Position numbers and translations under genes: made by a program. From Gemmatimonadaceae bacterium (GTDB lineage: Bacteria; Gemmatimonadota; Gemmatimonadetes; Gemmatimonadales; Gemmatimonadaceae), in contig DATFBW010000257.1 in NCBI GenBank assembly GCA_035253645.1, positions 1-63,919 of the forward strand: a stretch of DNA of 63,919 bases, given 5' to 3'. How positions within the stretch are numbered: the first letter of the stretch is position 1; each line of letters starts with the position of its first letter. A model generated the notes under the pieces. The model saw nothing but the letters and a program-made list of their open reading frames with translations. It had not been told where the DNA came from and ran no database searches. Of this stretch, positions 36,564 to 46,083 are shown in pieces.

Positions 36564-37973
36564 CTAGTCCTCCACGACGTGGGTCGCGAAGATCTTCCGA
36601 TATTCGGCCCACTTTCCGTGATCGAACGTGCCCTTTCCGTTGAGGCAATTCGTCGCGGCATAGGCCATAAAGAGCGCGTGATGCGTGTTATCGTGCGCAA
36701 ACAGGCCCTGACGTCCGTACACGAGCAGGTTTGGCGCAGACGCGGCCCAATCGTCCAGCGTGCCGAAGGGGACCTCGTACCCCTTGAGATAAACTGGGTA
36801 CGCTTGTTTGAGGCGACGCACATGCACGTCGATGGGCGGCCGAGCGAGCGGGAGGCCTGCGCGCGCCATGTCGGCGGCAACGTATTTCCCGAGCTCTTTG
36901 TCATCCATCGACCACAAGTCGTCGCCAGTCGAACACGGCAGCTCGGCGCACAACACGGTCGTGCCGCGCGGTTCGCTGAGACCGAAGTAATTCTTCGGTT
37001 CCGACAGGCGCGTAACGCGCACGTTGGATTCCGGGAAGTAGTGCGCGTCCGTCGAGGTGAAGCGATCCACGTCGAGCTGCAGATACACGAGGACCATCTG
37101 GCGATAGCTGATGTTGCTGGCCGCCGCGAGCACCTGGGGTTGCGGAGCGGGGTTCATGCATCGCGCGAGCAACGTGATGGGGATCGTCGACCAGATATGA
37201 TCCGCGTGGATGCGCCGGGTATGGCCGTTGCGTTGCGCGGTGATCGTCCAGGTGTAGCCGGGCTCCTCCGACCGCTCGATACGCGCAGCTGCCCAGCCCA
37301 GCGCCAGCTCGGCGCCTAACGAGGTTGCTCCGCGAGCGTAGGCCTCGGAGATCTGTCCATAGCCGCGGCGCATGTAATAGAAGTTGCCCCCGCCGGGCGG
37401 TTTGATGAGACGCTTGATCAGTTTGCCGAAGGAGCCGGCGGACACACGTTTGCGCGCCTGGATGCCGGAGAGCTCTTCGGGCTCGTACCCCCACAACTTC
37501 CGTGCGTACGGGAAGTAGAAGTGGTTGCACATCGTGGGGCCCAGGTTCGCCAGCAACACCGACGCGAAGGTCTCGCCCTCGGCGGGTTTGCGCAGCTTCC
37601 GCATAACGAGGTCGCGCAGCATGCCGGCGGCAAAGCCTTTGTCCAGACGCCGTAACAGATCCATCGTCTGAATAGGGAAGTGCAGCCACTTCCCGCGAAG
37701 CCGGATACGGCCGTGCCGAACGCGATCGCGCAGGTCGTCGCCTAACAACTCCTTGATGTCACGCAGGACGTCCGGATCGACCGCATGGTGCAGCCGGTGG
37801 CTTCCGTAGTCCAGCCATTGATCTCCCCAGAAGAAGCTGCCGGCGTTTCCGCCGACTACGTCCTGGCGCTCCAGCAAGGTGACCGTCGCCTTGCCTGTGC
37901 GGCGCAGCTGATAGGCCGCGCCACAGCCGGCCGGCCCGCCGCCTAACACTACAACGTGAGGCAGTCGGCTCAT
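36564..37973 (-). CDS. FAD/NAD(P)-binding oxidoreductase (amine-oxidase / UDP-galactopyranose-mutase-like superfamily)
   Basis: VVVLGGGPAGCGAAYQL dinucleotide-binding motif and LERQDVVGGN. Paralogue of 49439-51067. Confidence 0.7.
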   Translation of the reverse strand: MSRLPHVVVLGGGPAGCGAAYQLRRTGKATVTLLERQDVVGGNAGSFFWGDQWLDYGSHRLHHAVDPDVLRDIKELLGDDLRDRVRHGRIRLRGKWLHFPIQTMDLLRRLDKGFAAGMLRDLVMRKLRKPAEGETFASVLLANLGPTMCNHFYFPYARKLWGYEPEELSGIQARKRVSAGSFGKLIKRLIKPPGGGNFYYMRRGYGQISEAYARGATSLGAELALGWAAARIERSEEPGYTWTITAQRNGHTRRIHADHIWSTIPITLLARCMNPAPQPQVLAAASNISYRQMVLVYLQLDVDRFTSTDAHYFPESNVRVTRLSEPKNYFGLSEPRGTTVLCAELPCSTGDDLWSMDDKELGKYVAADMARAGLPLARPPIDVHVRRLKQAYPVYLKGYEVPFGTLDDWAASAPNLLVYGRQGLFAHDNTHHALFMAYAATNCLNGKGTFDHGKWAEYRKIFATHVVED

Positions 37974-38992
37974 TGCGCCTGGACGTCGGCTGGAGCCGGC
38001 ACCGCAGCGTCACCAGCGCTCCGCGCCAGCCACGCCCGGTACCACTGGGCGGTGTCGCGCAGGGAGTCTTCCAGGGTGTATTTGGGCTCCCAGTGCATCA
38101 TGCGTCGTGCCTTCGTGCAATCGAGGTATTGACGCGGAATCTCGTTGGTCGCCTGGTTGAGAATCGTAAGCGGCAGATGCGACTTGCCTAACACCTCCAG
38201 GATTTTCTGCGCCATCGCCGTCACGGACATCGGTGTTTCGGTGCCAAAGTTGAAGGCCTGCCCGATAAAAGCCTCGTCAGGCATGCGCTCGGCGAGCGCG
38301 AGGTACGCATCGACCGCATCTTTCACGTAGAAGTAGTCACGCACGAACGTGCCGTCGCTGCGAATGACCGGCGATTCGTCGCGGAGGGCCGAGCGGATGG
38401 TGCCGGGAACAAGGCGGTTGAAGTTGAGGTCGCCGGCGCCATAGAGGTTGCCGCAGCGGGTTACCGCGACAGGCAGCTGGAATGATGCCGCGTACGCCAG
38501 GGAGATGAGGTCCGCGCAGGACTTCGAAACGTCGTAGGGGAAACGTCCCACGAGCGGCGTCTCCTCGGTGTACGGCAGCTGCGCGTGCTCGCCGTACGCC
38601 TTGTCGCTGGAGGCTACCATGATGCGCTGGATGCGCCTGCCTAACGCGCGGGCCGCTTCGAGCAGGACCCACGTCCCCTTGATGTTGGATTCGAATGTGG
38701 AGAGCGGCGATCGGGAGGCCGTCCCGACGATCGTTTGGGCGCCGAGATGGAAGATCGTGTCGACCTCGTATTCATTGAGCGCGCGGAGGACCACTTCGTA
38801 ATCCTCCAACTCACCGCGCACGATGCGGCAGCGCGCCAATGTCCCTGAGGTGACGGCCTCGCTATCCGGCATCCAATCACGCACGAGACAAATGACGGTG
38901 GCGCCGCGCCGCACCAGCTCGGCGGTGAGGTGCGAGCCTAACAAGCCCGTGGCGCCGCTCACGAAGACGTTCGCGTTAGTCCAGGTGCTCAT
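37970..38992 (-). CDS. NDP-hexose 4,6-dehydratase-like SDR (CDP-glucose 4,6-dehydratase-like)
   Basis: VFVSGATGLLGSHL, SSDKAYG, PYDVSK and RCGNLYGAGDLNFNRLVP resemble RfbG. ATGA overlap with rfbF upstream. Confidence 0.65.
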   Translation of the reverse strand: MSTWTNANVFVSGATGLLGSHLTAELVRRGATVICLVRDWMPDSEAVTSGTLARCRIVRGELEDYEVVLRALNEYEVDTIFHLGAQTIVGTASRSPLSTFESNIKGTWVLLEAARALGRRIQRIMVASSDKAYGEHAQLPYTEETPLVGRFPYDVSKSCADLISLAYAASFQLPVAVTRCGNLYGAGDLNFNRLVPGTIRSALRDESPVIRSDGTFVRDYFYVKDAVDAYLALAERMPDEAFIGQAFNFGTETPMSVTAMAQKILEVLGKSHLPLTILNQATNEIPRQYLDCTKARRMMHWEPKYTLEDSLRDTAQWYRAWLARSAGDAAVPAPADVQAQ

Positions 38993-39759
38993 GTCCAGTT
39001 CTTCCACGGCGCGCGTCCCTGCGCCCAAAGAGAGTCGAGGAGATCGCGTTCGCGGATGGTGTCCATCGGCTGAAAGAAGCCGGGATGCCGGAATGCCATG
39101 AGCTGCCCGTCGCTCGCGAGGCGCTCCAGCGGCTCGCGCTCGAGTATCGTCTGATCCCCGGTCAGGTAATCGAAGATGCCGGGTTCGAAGACGAAAAAGC
39201 CGCCGTTGATCCATCCCGCCTCGGCTTGCGGCTTCTCCGTGAACTGCGCCACCCTCTCGCCGTCCAGCGTTAGGCCGCCGAATCGCGCGGGCGGACGCAC
39301 CGCCGTAACCGTGGCGAGTTTGCCATGCGCGCGATGGAACCTAACGAGATCCCCGATGTTCACGTCGGACAGACCGTCGCCGTAGGTGACCATGAACGCA
39401 TCGCCGTCGAGGAAGCGCTGGAGGCGGCGCACGCGTCCCCCTGTCATCGTCTCCAGTCCGGTATCGACGAGGCCGACCTTCCAGTCCAGACGACTGCCTT
39501 GCACGACTTCGACAGCTCCCGATTTGAGATCGACAAAGAAGTCGCTGTCGTGCAACGCGTAATCGTTGAAGTACGCCTTGATCTGCTCGCCCAGGTAACC
39601 GCACGCGATCAGAAAATCGCGATATCCATGTGCCGCGTAGAACTGCATGAGGTGCCACAAAATGGGCCGACCGCCGATTTCGACCATCGGCTTGGGGCGC
39701 GAGACCGTTTCTTCGGACAGACGCGTACCGCGCCCTCCCGCGAGGATTACAACGCGCAT
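38989..39759 (-). CDS. rfbF: Glucose-1-phosphate cytidylyltransferase
   Basis: MRVVILAGGRGTRLSEET..RPKPMVEIGGRPILWH and GGFFVFEP. 256 aa. Confidence 0.9.
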   Translation of the reverse strand: MRVVILAGGRGTRLSEETVSRPKPMVEIGGRPILWHLMQFYAAHGYRDFLIACGYLGEQIKAYFNDYALHDSDFFVDLKSGAVEVVQGSRLDWKVGLVDTGLETMTGGRVRRLQRFLDGDAFMVTYGDGLSDVNIGDLVRFHRAHGKLATVTAVRPPARFGGLTLDGERVAQFTEKPQAEAGWINGGFFVFEPGIFDYLTGDQTILEREPLERLASDGQLMAFRHPGFFQPMDTIRERDLLDSLWAQGRAPWKNWT

Positions 39760-39763
39760 AAGC

Positions 39764-41059
39764 TCAGACGACGACGGGAGCGGGGACGGGGATGATGAAA
39801 CGCCCTCCCTGTTCGCGATAGGCGGACTGCTGTTCCATGATCTCGTCCGCGAAGTTCCACGCCAGAATCAGGAGATAGTCAGGACGCTCGTGCGTCAGGG
39901 TGTCGACCGATTTCACGGGGATGTGCATCCCGGGCGTTAGGCGGCCCACTTTGAGGGGATTCTTGTCGACCGTGTAGGGGAGGAGGCTCGGGTCGATCCC
40001 GCAGTAATTGAGCAGCGTGTTTCCTTTCGCCGGTGCGCCGTATCCCGCGACGGTCTTCTTCTTCGCGCGCAGATCTTCCAGGAGGAGTCTGAGCTCGTGG
40101 CGGTTCCGTGCCACCATGCTCGCAAAGGCGTGCCACGTGCCGAAGTCGGACAAGCCTAACGTGTCCTCTTCATGCATCATGGCGCGCGGCTGCTCCCCGT
40201 GCTCTTTTTCCTTGTTCAGGAACACACGGACCGAGCCGCCGTGCACAGCGACGCGTTCGACGTGCGCGATGCGCAGCCCGGCCGCTTCAGCGAGTCGCGC
40301 GAGACTGGTCACCGTGAAGTAGCACAAGTGCTCGTGGTAGATCGTGTCGTATTCGAGCCGTTCGAGCATCTCACGCGCGTACGGCACTTCGACGATCCCG
40401 AAGCCGTCTGGCGCCAGCAGCTCGGCGAAGCCGCGCAGGAAGCCGCGCGCGTCGTCGACGTGCGCGAGGACGTTGTTGCCGATGACGGCGCGCGCAGGAC
40501 CATGGGTCGCGCGCAGCTCCACAGCCACGGCATGATTGAAGAAGCGGTTGTCGGTCGGCACGCCGCGGGCGAGTGCCATAGCGGCAATGTTTCGGGCCGG
40601 CTCGACGCCTAACACGCGAGCCCCTTCTTTCTGAAAACACGCGAGCAGCGACCCGTCGTTGCTGGCGACTTCGACGACCAGATCATCGGCCTTGAGCGCC
40701 AGCCGTTCGGTGACGGCCTTTGCGTAATGCACGTTGTGCGCTGCGATCGTCGTGGATGTTCCCGTCACGTAGATGTAATCGGAAAACAGGACGATCGGGT
40801 CGATGACATCGACGAGCTGTACCAGCGAGCACGTCTCGCAGAAGTAAACGTCCAGCGGGAAGAACTGTTCGGCCGAGGTTTCCGTTTGGTTGCGCGGAAA
40901 CGCATTGGCGAGCGGCTGTGGACCTAACGCGAGAAACCGCCGCAGCGAATCGGTGCCGCACGCGCGGCACGTCGTCCGCACGTGGTGCAGCGGCGTCGGG
41001 ATTTGCGCCGGCGAGACGATTGGCGTCGGTTGCGCATTACGAGTCGTTGCCGGCGTCAT
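39764..41059 (-). CDS. NDP-hexose C-methyltransferase (TylCIII-like: zinc-binding N-domain plus SAM domain plus C-methyltransferase C-domain)
   Basis: CRACGTDSL...YFCETCSLVQL zinc ribbon, and VVEVASNDGSLL SAM motif. ATGA overlap at 41056-41059. Confidence 0.8.
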   Translation of the reverse strand: MTPATTRNAQPTPIVSPAQIPTPLHHVRTTCRACGTDSLRRFLALGPQPLANAFPRNQTETSAEQFFPLDVYFCETCSLVQLVDVIDPIVLFSDYIYVTGTSTTIAAHNVHYAKAVTERLALKADDLVVEVASNDGSLLACFQKEGARVLGVEPARNIAAMALARGVPTDNRFFNHAVAVELRATHGPARAVIGNNVLAHVDDARGFLRGFAELLAPDGFGIVEVPYAREMLERLEYDTIYHEHLCYFTVTSLARLAEAAGLRIAHVERVAVHGGSVRVFLNKEKEHGEQPRAMMHEEDTLGLSDFGTWHAFASMVARNRHELRLLLEDLRAKKKTVAGYGAPAKGNTLLNYCGIDPSLLPYTVDKNPLKVGRLTPGMHIPVKSVDTLTHERPDYLLILAWNFADEIMEQQSAYREQGGRFIIPVPAPVVV

Positions 41060-41892
41060 GCAGCTCCCACGGCGGATCCCACGTCGCTCGCCGCACGACG
41101 TGAGGCGCGCCGCCAATCACGCAACTCACCCGAGAAGCGGAACTTGAGCAGCTTCCTAAAGAACTCCCAGCATGTGGAAGCACGCACGTGCGAAAGGCCG
41201 TTGCCCCTGGCCCGCGCGAAGACGTTGTACTCCAGGACGCGCACACCCATGTAGTGCGCCTTGATCATCATCTCGGGATCCAGCAGCCACTGACGGGACC
41301 TGAGGTCCATGCGCAAGAGCACGTCGCGCGGCAGCAGCTTGGGCAGGCCATTGATGTCCAAGGAGGCAACGCCCGGGAACAGCAGCCGGAAGAAGGCGTT
41401 GTACGCGATCGACACGAGCTTTCTCGTTAGGCCGTCCATCCGGAAGCGACGGCGCGCTTTCGCGAGAACGGGTTGTCCGCACGCGACGGCGTCTTCGTAG
41501 AGCCGCACGGCATCTTCCGCATCCACCTGACCATCAGCCGGAACGATTCCAACCCACGGCGCTTGCGTGTGAGGAATGCCGGTCAGGATTCCGTTGCCGT
41601 ACCCGGTATTCACCTCCACGCGTACGGGACGCACACCACGTAGCTCGTTCGCGAGCGAGCGCAGAATTTCGCCCGTGCGGTCGCGCGATCCATTGTCGAC
41701 GGCGACCAGCTCGAGGCGATGGCCGGCGCGATCGAAAGCCGCCACGAAGCGCCGCACCGTTTGACCGACGACAGCTTCTTCGTTGTAGCATGGCATGATA
41801 AACGAGACTTCGGGGCCATCCCCCCGAGGCTCGTTTTCCTCCCTGCCGATGTTCGTCGTATTGCCCAGATCAGAGTGGGTCATTGCGAGCAT
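41056..41892 (-). CDS. GT2 family glycosyltransferase
   Basis: VSFIMPCYNEEAVV, LVAVDNGSRDRT and VPADGQVDAED. Confidence 0.75.
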   Translation of the reverse strand: MLAMTHSDLGNTTNIGREENEPRGDGPEVSFIMPCYNEEAVVGQTVRRFVAAFDRAGHRLELVAVDNGSRDRTGEILRSLANELRGVRPVRVEVNTGYGNGILTGIPHTQAPWVGIVPADGQVDAEDAVRLYEDAVACGQPVLAKARRRFRMDGLTRKLVSIAYNAFFRLLFPGVASLDINGLPKLLPRDVLLRMDLRSRQWLLDPEMMIKAHYMGVRVLEYNVFARARGNGLSHVRASTCWEFFRKLLKFRFSGELRDWRRASRRAASDVGSAVGAA

Positions 41893-42285
41893 TCGTGCGC
41901 ACGCGTGAGGGCAAGCCGGGTGCCCGGTGTGAACGCCCCGCGCCGACAGCGCTTAAGAGTAAGCGAACGAACCACTTGCCGCGTTTCTCTGGACGCCGAG
42001 CGCCCGTTCCTCGCGCACCAAGGACTGAAAATGCATGTCGTCTGCCCGCTACATGCCATGTGAAGCCAGTACCGCGCAAGCGGGGTCAGGAGCATTTGAG
42101 CCTCGTCTCTGGAGGCGGTGGATCTCTCCTCCGGGCAACACTTTGCGCGTTCTTCGTCTCGCCGCCGGCACCGGCGTAACATTGTCGGAAGCCGCACCCC
42201 TTTGCTGGGCATCGCGATTGCGCTTGCCGCGCGTCCAAACGCTAGCCAAGCGCACTATCGTTCGCATCCCCATAACTCACCGGAC

Positions 42286-43800
42286 GTGCGATTACGGCTC
42301 TTCCTGACGGCCTGGATCGTCTTCTCGCTACACTACGCCACGGACTTCGTGCGCGAACACTTCCTCGTCATGAGCATCGTCGAGGACAGGACGTTCGATC
42401 TGGGGAAGTACTACCGGCTTCACGAAGACATCTTCGTCAATCCGCCTAACGCGCCAGTGCAAGGCGTGCATCACGGTGCCAACCCGGGCATCTCGATGCT
42501 GGCGGCCATTCCTTATGCCGTCGTACGCCCTGTAGTCGACCGCATCGTGGCGCGCCAACTCGCCGTGCGCCAGGCACGCGGCGATACGAGCGCGGTATAC
42601 GACGACCCGCGCACCGCACGTGTGCGCTTCTACCGTGAAGCGGTCACGCGCGGCCTGGACGTGCGCTTCGGGCTCGTGGGCATCGTGACAATGGTGCTCT
42701 GCATGGCTCCGCTCTCCGCGTTAGGCGTGGTCGCCATGTTCATGCTCCTGCGCGGGGCCGGACTGACCGAGAAGACGAGTGCGGGTCTGTCGCTGCTCTA
42801 TGCATTCGCCACACCGGTGCTTTTTCGCACGGCCTATCTCAATCAGAACCTCGCGATCGGCACCGTCTCGCTCATTGCATTCCTGCTGCTCTGGAACCCC
42901 GGCAACCGCGTGACATGGCGTCCGCGTACGCGACTCTTCCTCGCGGGTCTAGCCGGCGGGTTCGCATTCCTGTGTGATTACTCCGGAGCGCTCGCCACGG
43001 GCCTGCTTGGCCTCTACGCCATGCTGCGAGGGCGCGAGGCCGACTCCGGATTCGGCGGACCGTGGCGTGCCGCGTTAGGCTACGGCCTCGGCGCCGCCGG
43101 TCCTGTCTTGCTGCTTTGGTTCTACCAGTGGGCGGCATTCGGCAACTTCCTCTACCCGCCGCAGCACTGGATGCCGGCCGTGGTGCATAGCGAACAGGGC
43201 TACCAGGGAGTAACGGGCCCCAACCTGGAGCTGTTCAGCATGCTCCTCTTTCATCCGGCGTTCGGACTCTTCGTTTCGGCACCGCTGCTCATCCTCGCGT
43301 TAGGCGCTCCCGTAGTGGCCTGGCGCAGAAAGAGCTTCGTTCCACCCCGCGAGTTGATCCTCTGCGGACTCATTGCCGCGGCGTTCATCCTGTTCTTCTC
43401 GGCGGTGCACTACACGCGCCTGCAGTGGAGCACGGGAATCCGCTACCTGATGCCAGTGATTCCGTTCGTCTTCCTGGCCGCCGCCGTGACTCTCGTGCGA
43501 CTCCCCAAGTGGCTCGGCTGGCCGATGGTCTTGCTCGCGATCACCGTGAGCTGGTCGATCGCTATGGTCCGGAATCAATACGGCGTTCATACGAACGTGG
43601 TGCGCGTCTTCGTCGAGGGGTTGCAACTCCCGTGGCTCTCGACACTAGGCCGTATGGCCAGGCAGTACGCTCCCTGGTTGGAGGGCAGGCCGTCCGCTCT
43701 TCCCGTCATGTTGCTTACAGCCACGGTGATCGCCGGGATCTGGCTCATAAAGCGGCCCAGCGAATCGATGGCTTCCGCCAACCCACGCACTGATTCATGA
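42286..43800 (+). CDS. Large polytopic membrane protein of unknown function (polymerase or GT-C-like candidate)
   Basis: About 12 TM segments. The start is uncertain (GTG 42286 just before the first TM; the ORF is open from 42118). Confidence 0.45.
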   Translation: MRLRLFLTAWIVFSLHYATDFVREHFLVMSIVEDRTFDLGKYYRLHEDIFVNPPNAPVQGVHHGANPGISMLAAIPYAVVRPVVDRIVARQLAVRQARGDTSAVYDDPRTARVRFYREAVTRGLDVRFGLVGIVTMVLCMAPLSALGVVAMFMLLRGAGLTEKTSAGLSLLYAFATPVLFRTAYLNQNLAIGTVSLIAFLLLWNPGNRVTWRPRTRLFLAGLAGGFAFLCDYSGALATGLLGLYAMLRGREADSGFGGPWRAALGYGLGAAGPVLLLWFYQWAAFGNFLYPPQHWMPAVVHSEQGYQGVTGPNLELFSMLLFHPAFGLFVSAPLLILALGAPVVAWRRKSFVPPRELILCGLIAAAFILFFSAVHYTRLQWSTGIRYLMPVIPFVFLAAAVTLVRLPKWLGWPMVLLAITVSWSIAMVRNQYGVHTNVVRVFVEGLQLPWLSTLGRMARQYAPWLEGRPSALPVMLLTATVIAGIWLIKRPSESMASANPRTDS

Positions 43801-43896
43801 TGCAGGAGCGCGGTGCGGTAGCGAAAAGCCGCCGTTCCGTCGTCCGGCACGCCCCGTGCGAGACCCACCTGACCGTCGCTTAACCAAATCCCCCTC

Positions 43897-44703
43897 ATGG
43901 CGCTTTATCAGCCCCAAACACTAAAGGCATTGAATCGCGATACGCTCGTGGATGTCGTGATTCCCGTGCTGAACGAGGCCCATGTCCTCGCCAGGAGCGT
44001 GGAAATGGTGCGCGCCTTCCTCACGGAACACCTGGGCTGCCGGTGGCGCGTCGTCGTCGTTGACAATGGATCGACGGATGGAACTGACACCATAGCGCGG
44101 CAACTGTCGCGCGAATACAGCGATGTGCAGTTCATTCAGCTCCCGCAGCGGGGGCGTGGCCGGGCGCTCAGACAGGCTTGGACGCAGAGTGACGCCGATA
44201 TCATGTGTTACACGGACGTCGACCTGTCCACCGAGTTGGTCGCGCTTCCCAAGATGGTGCAAGCGATTGCCGTCGACGGTTTTGACCTCGCGACAGGTTC
44301 ACGCCTTCTGCCTCAGTCGCGGACGACACGGTCGGCCAAGCGCGAATTTATCTCTCGCTGCTATAACATGTTCGTGAAGGCGGTGCTTTGGACGTCGTTC
44401 AGCGACGCGCAGTGTGGCTTCAAGGCGATCAGCCGCAACGCGTGCGCGGCGCTCGTTCCGGAGGTCCACGATCAGGGCTGGTTCTTCGACACCGAGCTTC
44501 TCACGCTCGCCGAGAAACGCGGCTATTTGATCGCGGACATCCCGGTGCGCTGGGTCGAAGATGACGACAGCCGCGTCAAGATCGTGAAGACGGCGTGGGA
44601 TGACATCAAAGGTGTGTTCCGCGTGCGTTGGAAACTGTGGCGGGAATCGATTGCACCACGCCCGGCGCCAGAAGGAGTATTGAGCCGCCGCTCCACGCCG
44701 TAG
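43897..44703 (+). CDS. GT2 polyprenyl-phosphate hexose synthase-like glycosyltransferase
   Basis: VDVVIPVLNEAHVL, VVVVDNGSTDGT, YTDVDLST and QCGFKA. Confidence 0.8.
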   Translation: MALYQPQTLKALNRDTLVDVVIPVLNEAHVLARSVEMVRAFLTEHLGCRWRVVVVDNGSTDGTDTIARQLSREYSDVQFIQLPQRGRGRALRQAWTQSDADIMCYTDVDLSTELVALPKMVQAIAVDGFDLATGSRLLPQSRTTRSAKREFISRCYNMFVKAVLWTSFSDAQCGFKAISRNACAALVPEVHDQGWFFDTELLTLAEKRGYLIADIPVRWVEDDDSRVKIVKTAWDDIKGVFRVRWKLWRESIAPRPAPEGVLSRRSTP

Positions 44704-44724
44704 CGGGCTAAACATCGCGTTCTC

Positions 44725-45645
44725 GTGAGCCTCTCCCCGCTGGCGCCGCTCTGCCTAACGGGAGCCAGCGGTTTCATCGGACAGCGCGTGCTCGAGCGGC
44801 TGAAGACGATCCGCGCTCAGGACGTGACCTTGTTACTACGCGAGCCGGCGCGTCTCACCGAGCGCTCAACGCTCCCTTCCTGGCGGCTCGTGCGCGTCGA
44901 TCTCGCCAAGGACGCGATCCCGCAAGGGACGATTCCTTCGGGTGCCGTGATCCTTCACCTCGCGGCGGCGACGGGAAGTGCCCCTCCACGCCTCATGCGC
45001 CGGCTCAACGTCGACGCGACGAAACGCCTCCTCGAAGCAGCAACAACCGCGGGCGCGCCGCACTTCATCTTCGTCAGCTCCATCGCAGCCGGGTACCCGG
45101 ACAAGCGGTGGGCCCCGTACGCGGCGAGCAAGCTGGCCGCCGAGCGTGTGGTGGCGAGCGGGCCGATTCCCCATACAATCGTTAGGCCCACCATCATTTT
45201 CGGTCCGGGGAGCCCGAACCAACAGGCGCTGGAGCGCCTCGCGACACTTGCGGTTCCGCTGCTACCCGGTCAGGGTGATGTGCGCGTACAGCCGATTCAC
45301 GTGGACGACGTGGCAGACGTGTTGATCCATCTCGTGAGTGTAGAGCCTCTCCAAAGCATCGTGGCGGTAGGAGGCCCCACGGTTCTCTCGATGCACGACC
45401 TCCTGGGAGCAATCCGGCGGGCGCACGCACTTCCACCGCGCGAACCGGTCCGCTTGCCATTGGAGCCGCTGCGGCGGGCCCTGGCGATCGCCGGCGGCTT
45501 GACGGCTTCACGGCTTCCTCTGAGCGCGGGTCAGTTCGTGGCCTTCGCCAACGACTCCGTAGCTCCCGGGAGCGGGCAGTGGCGGCTGCCCGCGCCGCAC
45601 ACCTCGCTGGAAGCGATGCTGGCATCCCGGCGGCCGGATGCCTAA
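44725..45645 (+). CDS. NAD-dependent epimerase/dehydratase family SDR
   Basis: CLTGASGFIGQRVLERL Rossmann motif and the YAASK catalytic pair. Confidence 0.7.
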   Translation: MSLSPLAPLCLTGASGFIGQRVLERLKTIRAQDVTLLLREPARLTERSTLPSWRLVRVDLAKDAIPQGTIPSGAVILHLAAATGSAPPRLMRRLNVDATKRLLEAATTAGAPHFIFVSSIAAGYPDKRWAPYAASKLAAERVVASGPIPHTIVRPTIIFGPGSPNQQALERLATLAVPLLPGQGDVRVQPIHVDDVADVLIHLVSVEPLQSIVAVGGPTVLSMHDLLGAIRRAHALPPREPVRLPLEPLRRALAIAGGLTASRLPLSAGQFVAFANDSVAPGSGQWRLPAPHTSLEAMLASRRPDA

Positions 45646-46078
45646 CGACGCATCCTGGCACACGGAAGCCGCGACATTCGGCGCGTACCTGGGCGCACGC
45701 GAGCTTCCTGCGGAAGTCGCGGAGCGTTATCAAATGGCGGTCCAGGATTGGCGGTCGGTTGGTTTCGATCGGTTCGACGATTGGCTGCTGCACTTCGCCG
45801 CCGGCCATCGCTTTCAGACGTCGCTGGCCGATGCCTACAGCCGGCTGGCGCGGCCCTACGGAGATCTGCGGCGCCGCCTAACGCTGATGCTCGCGCTGCT
45901 CGAGAACCACGGCACGACTCACGCGCCGTATGATCGCGCCGAGCCCTCGGGTGCCGCGCGCGCCTGGCTGGCGCTGGCGCTGAGCGCAGCCGGGTGGGGG
46001 CTCCGGACGCTCCTGGCCACGGCGATCTGCATGCCCGCCCACGTATTACTCAGCCGCGGGCGGCCGCGGCGCGCCTAA
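45638..46078 (+). CDS. Hypothetical protein (146 aa)
   Basis: The ORF is bounded by octamer copies: it starts ATGCCTAACG and its stop TAA lies inside GCCTAACG. It has a C-terminal hydrophobic segment. No family recognised. Confidence 0.4.
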   Translation: MPNDASWHTEAATFGAYLGARELPAEVAERYQMAVQDWRSVGFDRFDDWLLHFAAGHRFQTSLADAYSRLARPYGDLRRRLTLMLALLENHGTTHAPYDRAEPSGAARAWLALALSAAGWGLRTLLATAICMPAHVLLSRGRPRRA

Positions 46079-46083
46079 CGAGA

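Noticed and set aside
36289-36648. The 119-aa ORF overlapping the GT-C / oxidoreductase junction.
   Set aside because: It is an Arg-rich out-of-frame shadow ORF typical of high-GC DNA. The alternative frame encodes a coherent TM helix and DE loop.
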